64,000 nt of DNA from the NCBI GenBank assembly GCA_010015805.1, contig ML978140.1:62001-126000 (forward strand). Direction: 5' to 3'. Position numbers and translations under genes: made by a program. Source of the DNA: Rhizodiscina lignyota. Its lineage: Eukaryota. Below the pieces are notes generated by a model, which worked only from the letters and a program-made list of their open reading frames with translations, was not told where the DNA came from and made no database searches. Below are positions 62,556 through 64,000 of this stretch, in pieces; the stretch's first letter is position 1, and each line of letters begins with the position of its first letter.

Positions 62556-63770
62556 TCAGGACTTGACGGGTTTGAGCTCGTCGAGATCCTTCGTATCTAG
62601 GAGCCGTTTTGCACCACCGAGACTGGCCTTGACCACTTCCCTCATGCGAGTCTTCATTTCCTCCTCGTAAGCCGCCACAGCTTCAATGCCGACACCCTTG
62701 TTCTCCAGCTCGCGGCACAAAGTCGCAGCGTCCTGCAGAGCACTTGCCGCTCCCGCAGCACCAGTTGGCGGCATGACATGGGCCGCGTCGCCGATAATGG
62801 TGACCTTCGATGCCTTCCAGTCAGGGATGTCGGGATGAGTCGTGAGGACGTGGATGGTCGACGTAAGCGTGGGATCAGCATACTTGAACAGCGAGGTCAA
62901 CTTCAACGTCCAGTCTGCCGTAAGCTTCGTCGCCAACCCGAGTGCCTCTTCACCGTGGGAGCGGTGGAAGGAGCCAAGCGGTATGCCATGTTGAGAAAGC
63001 AGATTATGGGGCATCATGAGGACCCAGTAGACATAGTCCACAGGCAGCTCGAACGGTGCGTCAGCGGCTCTGTCTCGATTGAAGTGAATCTTCTCGAGGA
63101 GCAAGTGAAGCGGTGACGGTTGCGATCTGTCTGTTACCAAGCTCATCTTGCGCAAGGCGTCCTCTGAGAATGCCCTGATAAAGTCGTCGGTCATGGGTGT
63201 CTTGCTGTAGATGAGGCAACCTTCAGTGTCTAGCAGCGCGATCTGCGGGAAGACCTGGCTTCTCACTCGAGATCGTGCACCTTCAGCTCCGACGAGGAGA
63301 CTTCCGCGCACCGTCGATCCGTCGGTGAAGTGAGAGACCACGCCATCTGGAGTCACCTCGCTCTTTTGGAACTGCTTGCCCCAGCTCACGCGATTTTGCT
63401 CGAGTCCGGTCAACAGTACGTTTCGCAGAACTGATCGATCGACGGTGTAGGCGTGGCCAGGTGGTCGATGGGCTCCGAAGACCTCTCGAGGTGCAAGTGA
63501 CTCTCCTGTTCCAGGATCAATGACTCCTGGGGCGCCAACCTCCACATCTGCGCAAGTCTGCTCGAAGAGGGTGTACAACTCAGTTGAGAGGCATTGCTTC
63601 AAGGCGTCTGCGCCGTCGGAAGCGAGGCGGACGCGGTAGCCTTGTGGGCGGAACGTCACGTCGGTATCTTTCTCGAAGACTTGGAAAGGGATATTGCGCT
63701 TCTTGAGGCCATTTGCGAGGCAGAGGCCACTGATGCCGGCGCCGATGATGAGGACGGGCAGTTCAGACAT
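62556..63770 (-). CDS. FAD-dependent monooxygenase (group A aromatic hydroxylase type)
   Basis: IIGAGISG, FEKD, RPQGYRV, LVGAEGARSRVR, IIGDAAHVMPPTGAAGAASALQDA; single exon convergent on the PKS. Confidence 0.92.
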   Translation of the reverse strand: MSELPVLIIGAGISGLCLANGLKKRNIPFQVFEKDTDVTFRPQGYRVRLASDGADALKQCLSTELYTLFEQTCADVEVGAPGVIDPGTGESLAPREVFGAHRPPGHAYTVDRSVLRNVLLTGLEQNRVSWGKQFQKSEVTPDGVVSHFTDGSTVRGSLLVGAEGARSRVRSQVFPQIALLDTEGCLIYSKTPMTDDFIRAFSEDALRKMSLVTDRSQPSPLHLLLEKIHFNRDRAADAPFELPVDYVYWVLMMPHNLLSQHGIPLGSFHRSHGEEALGLATKLTADWTLKLTSLFKYADPTLTSTIHVLTTHPDIPDWKASKVTIIGDAAHVMPPTGAAGAASALQDAATLCRELENKGVGIEAVAAYEEEMKTRMREVVKASLGGAKRLLDTKDLDELKPVKS

Positions 63771-64000
63771 TGTTGAAAGATGGCTGATGGAAGTTCAAGG
63801 AAGTTATGAGATTTCGCTGCTTATCGGAGAGTTAGCTTTGTTGTGCCAGAGTAGTTACACTGCAGTTTCACGGAGAATGCGGTGCTTGACGCGACTAAGG
63901 GCGTCTCAGGACAAGTGAGTGTTGTGTGCGAACTGAGAACTGACCTGATTGAGCCAACGAGCGGGAGGTTGGAGTAGCAAACTGTAGTGTGCCTGAAGGA

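Noticed and set aside
1..64000. Transposons, rRNA, snRNA or CRISPR arrays
   Set aside because: No transposase/RT/integrase motifs, LTRs, TIRs or such RNA genes were recognised by eye. An Rfam or repeat search could still find small ones.

Overview
Intron-containing fungal (filamentous ascomycete) genomic DNA with about 23 apparently intact protein-coding genes, three decayed genes and one tRNA gene. Left to right: secreted SnoaL-like protein (partial), DHA1 MFS, endopolyphosphatase PPN1, small membrane protein, a head-to-head pair of GPI-anchored His1 (Bim1/X325-like) copper proteins, a BBE-like oxidase remnant, SAM methyltransferase, PPPDE-like protein, Zn2Cys6 TF divergent from an SDR, Na/K-type (P2C) ATPase, S53 peptidase, cupin, a mosaic C2H2-homeobox TF, butanediol-DH-like enzyme, sugar porter, SDR pseudogene, MFS, tRNA-Ser(GCU), M20 carboxypeptidase, DUF6594 remnant, then a non-reducing PKS cluster (laccase, DUF1295, DHA2 MFS, EthD/AurZ-like, SAT-KS-AT-PT-ACP-ACP-TE PKS, FAD monooxygenase) that probably continues beyond the window. 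The most unusual observation is the tRNA-Ser(GCU) gene at 43970-44109. Its D-loop is interrupted by a 52-nt insert with spliceosomal intron hallmarks (GTGAGT, GCTTAC, TACAG), in addition to a 7-nt canonical anticodon-loop intron. Exon boundaries were read by eye, and family assignments rest on recognised motifs, not database searches.
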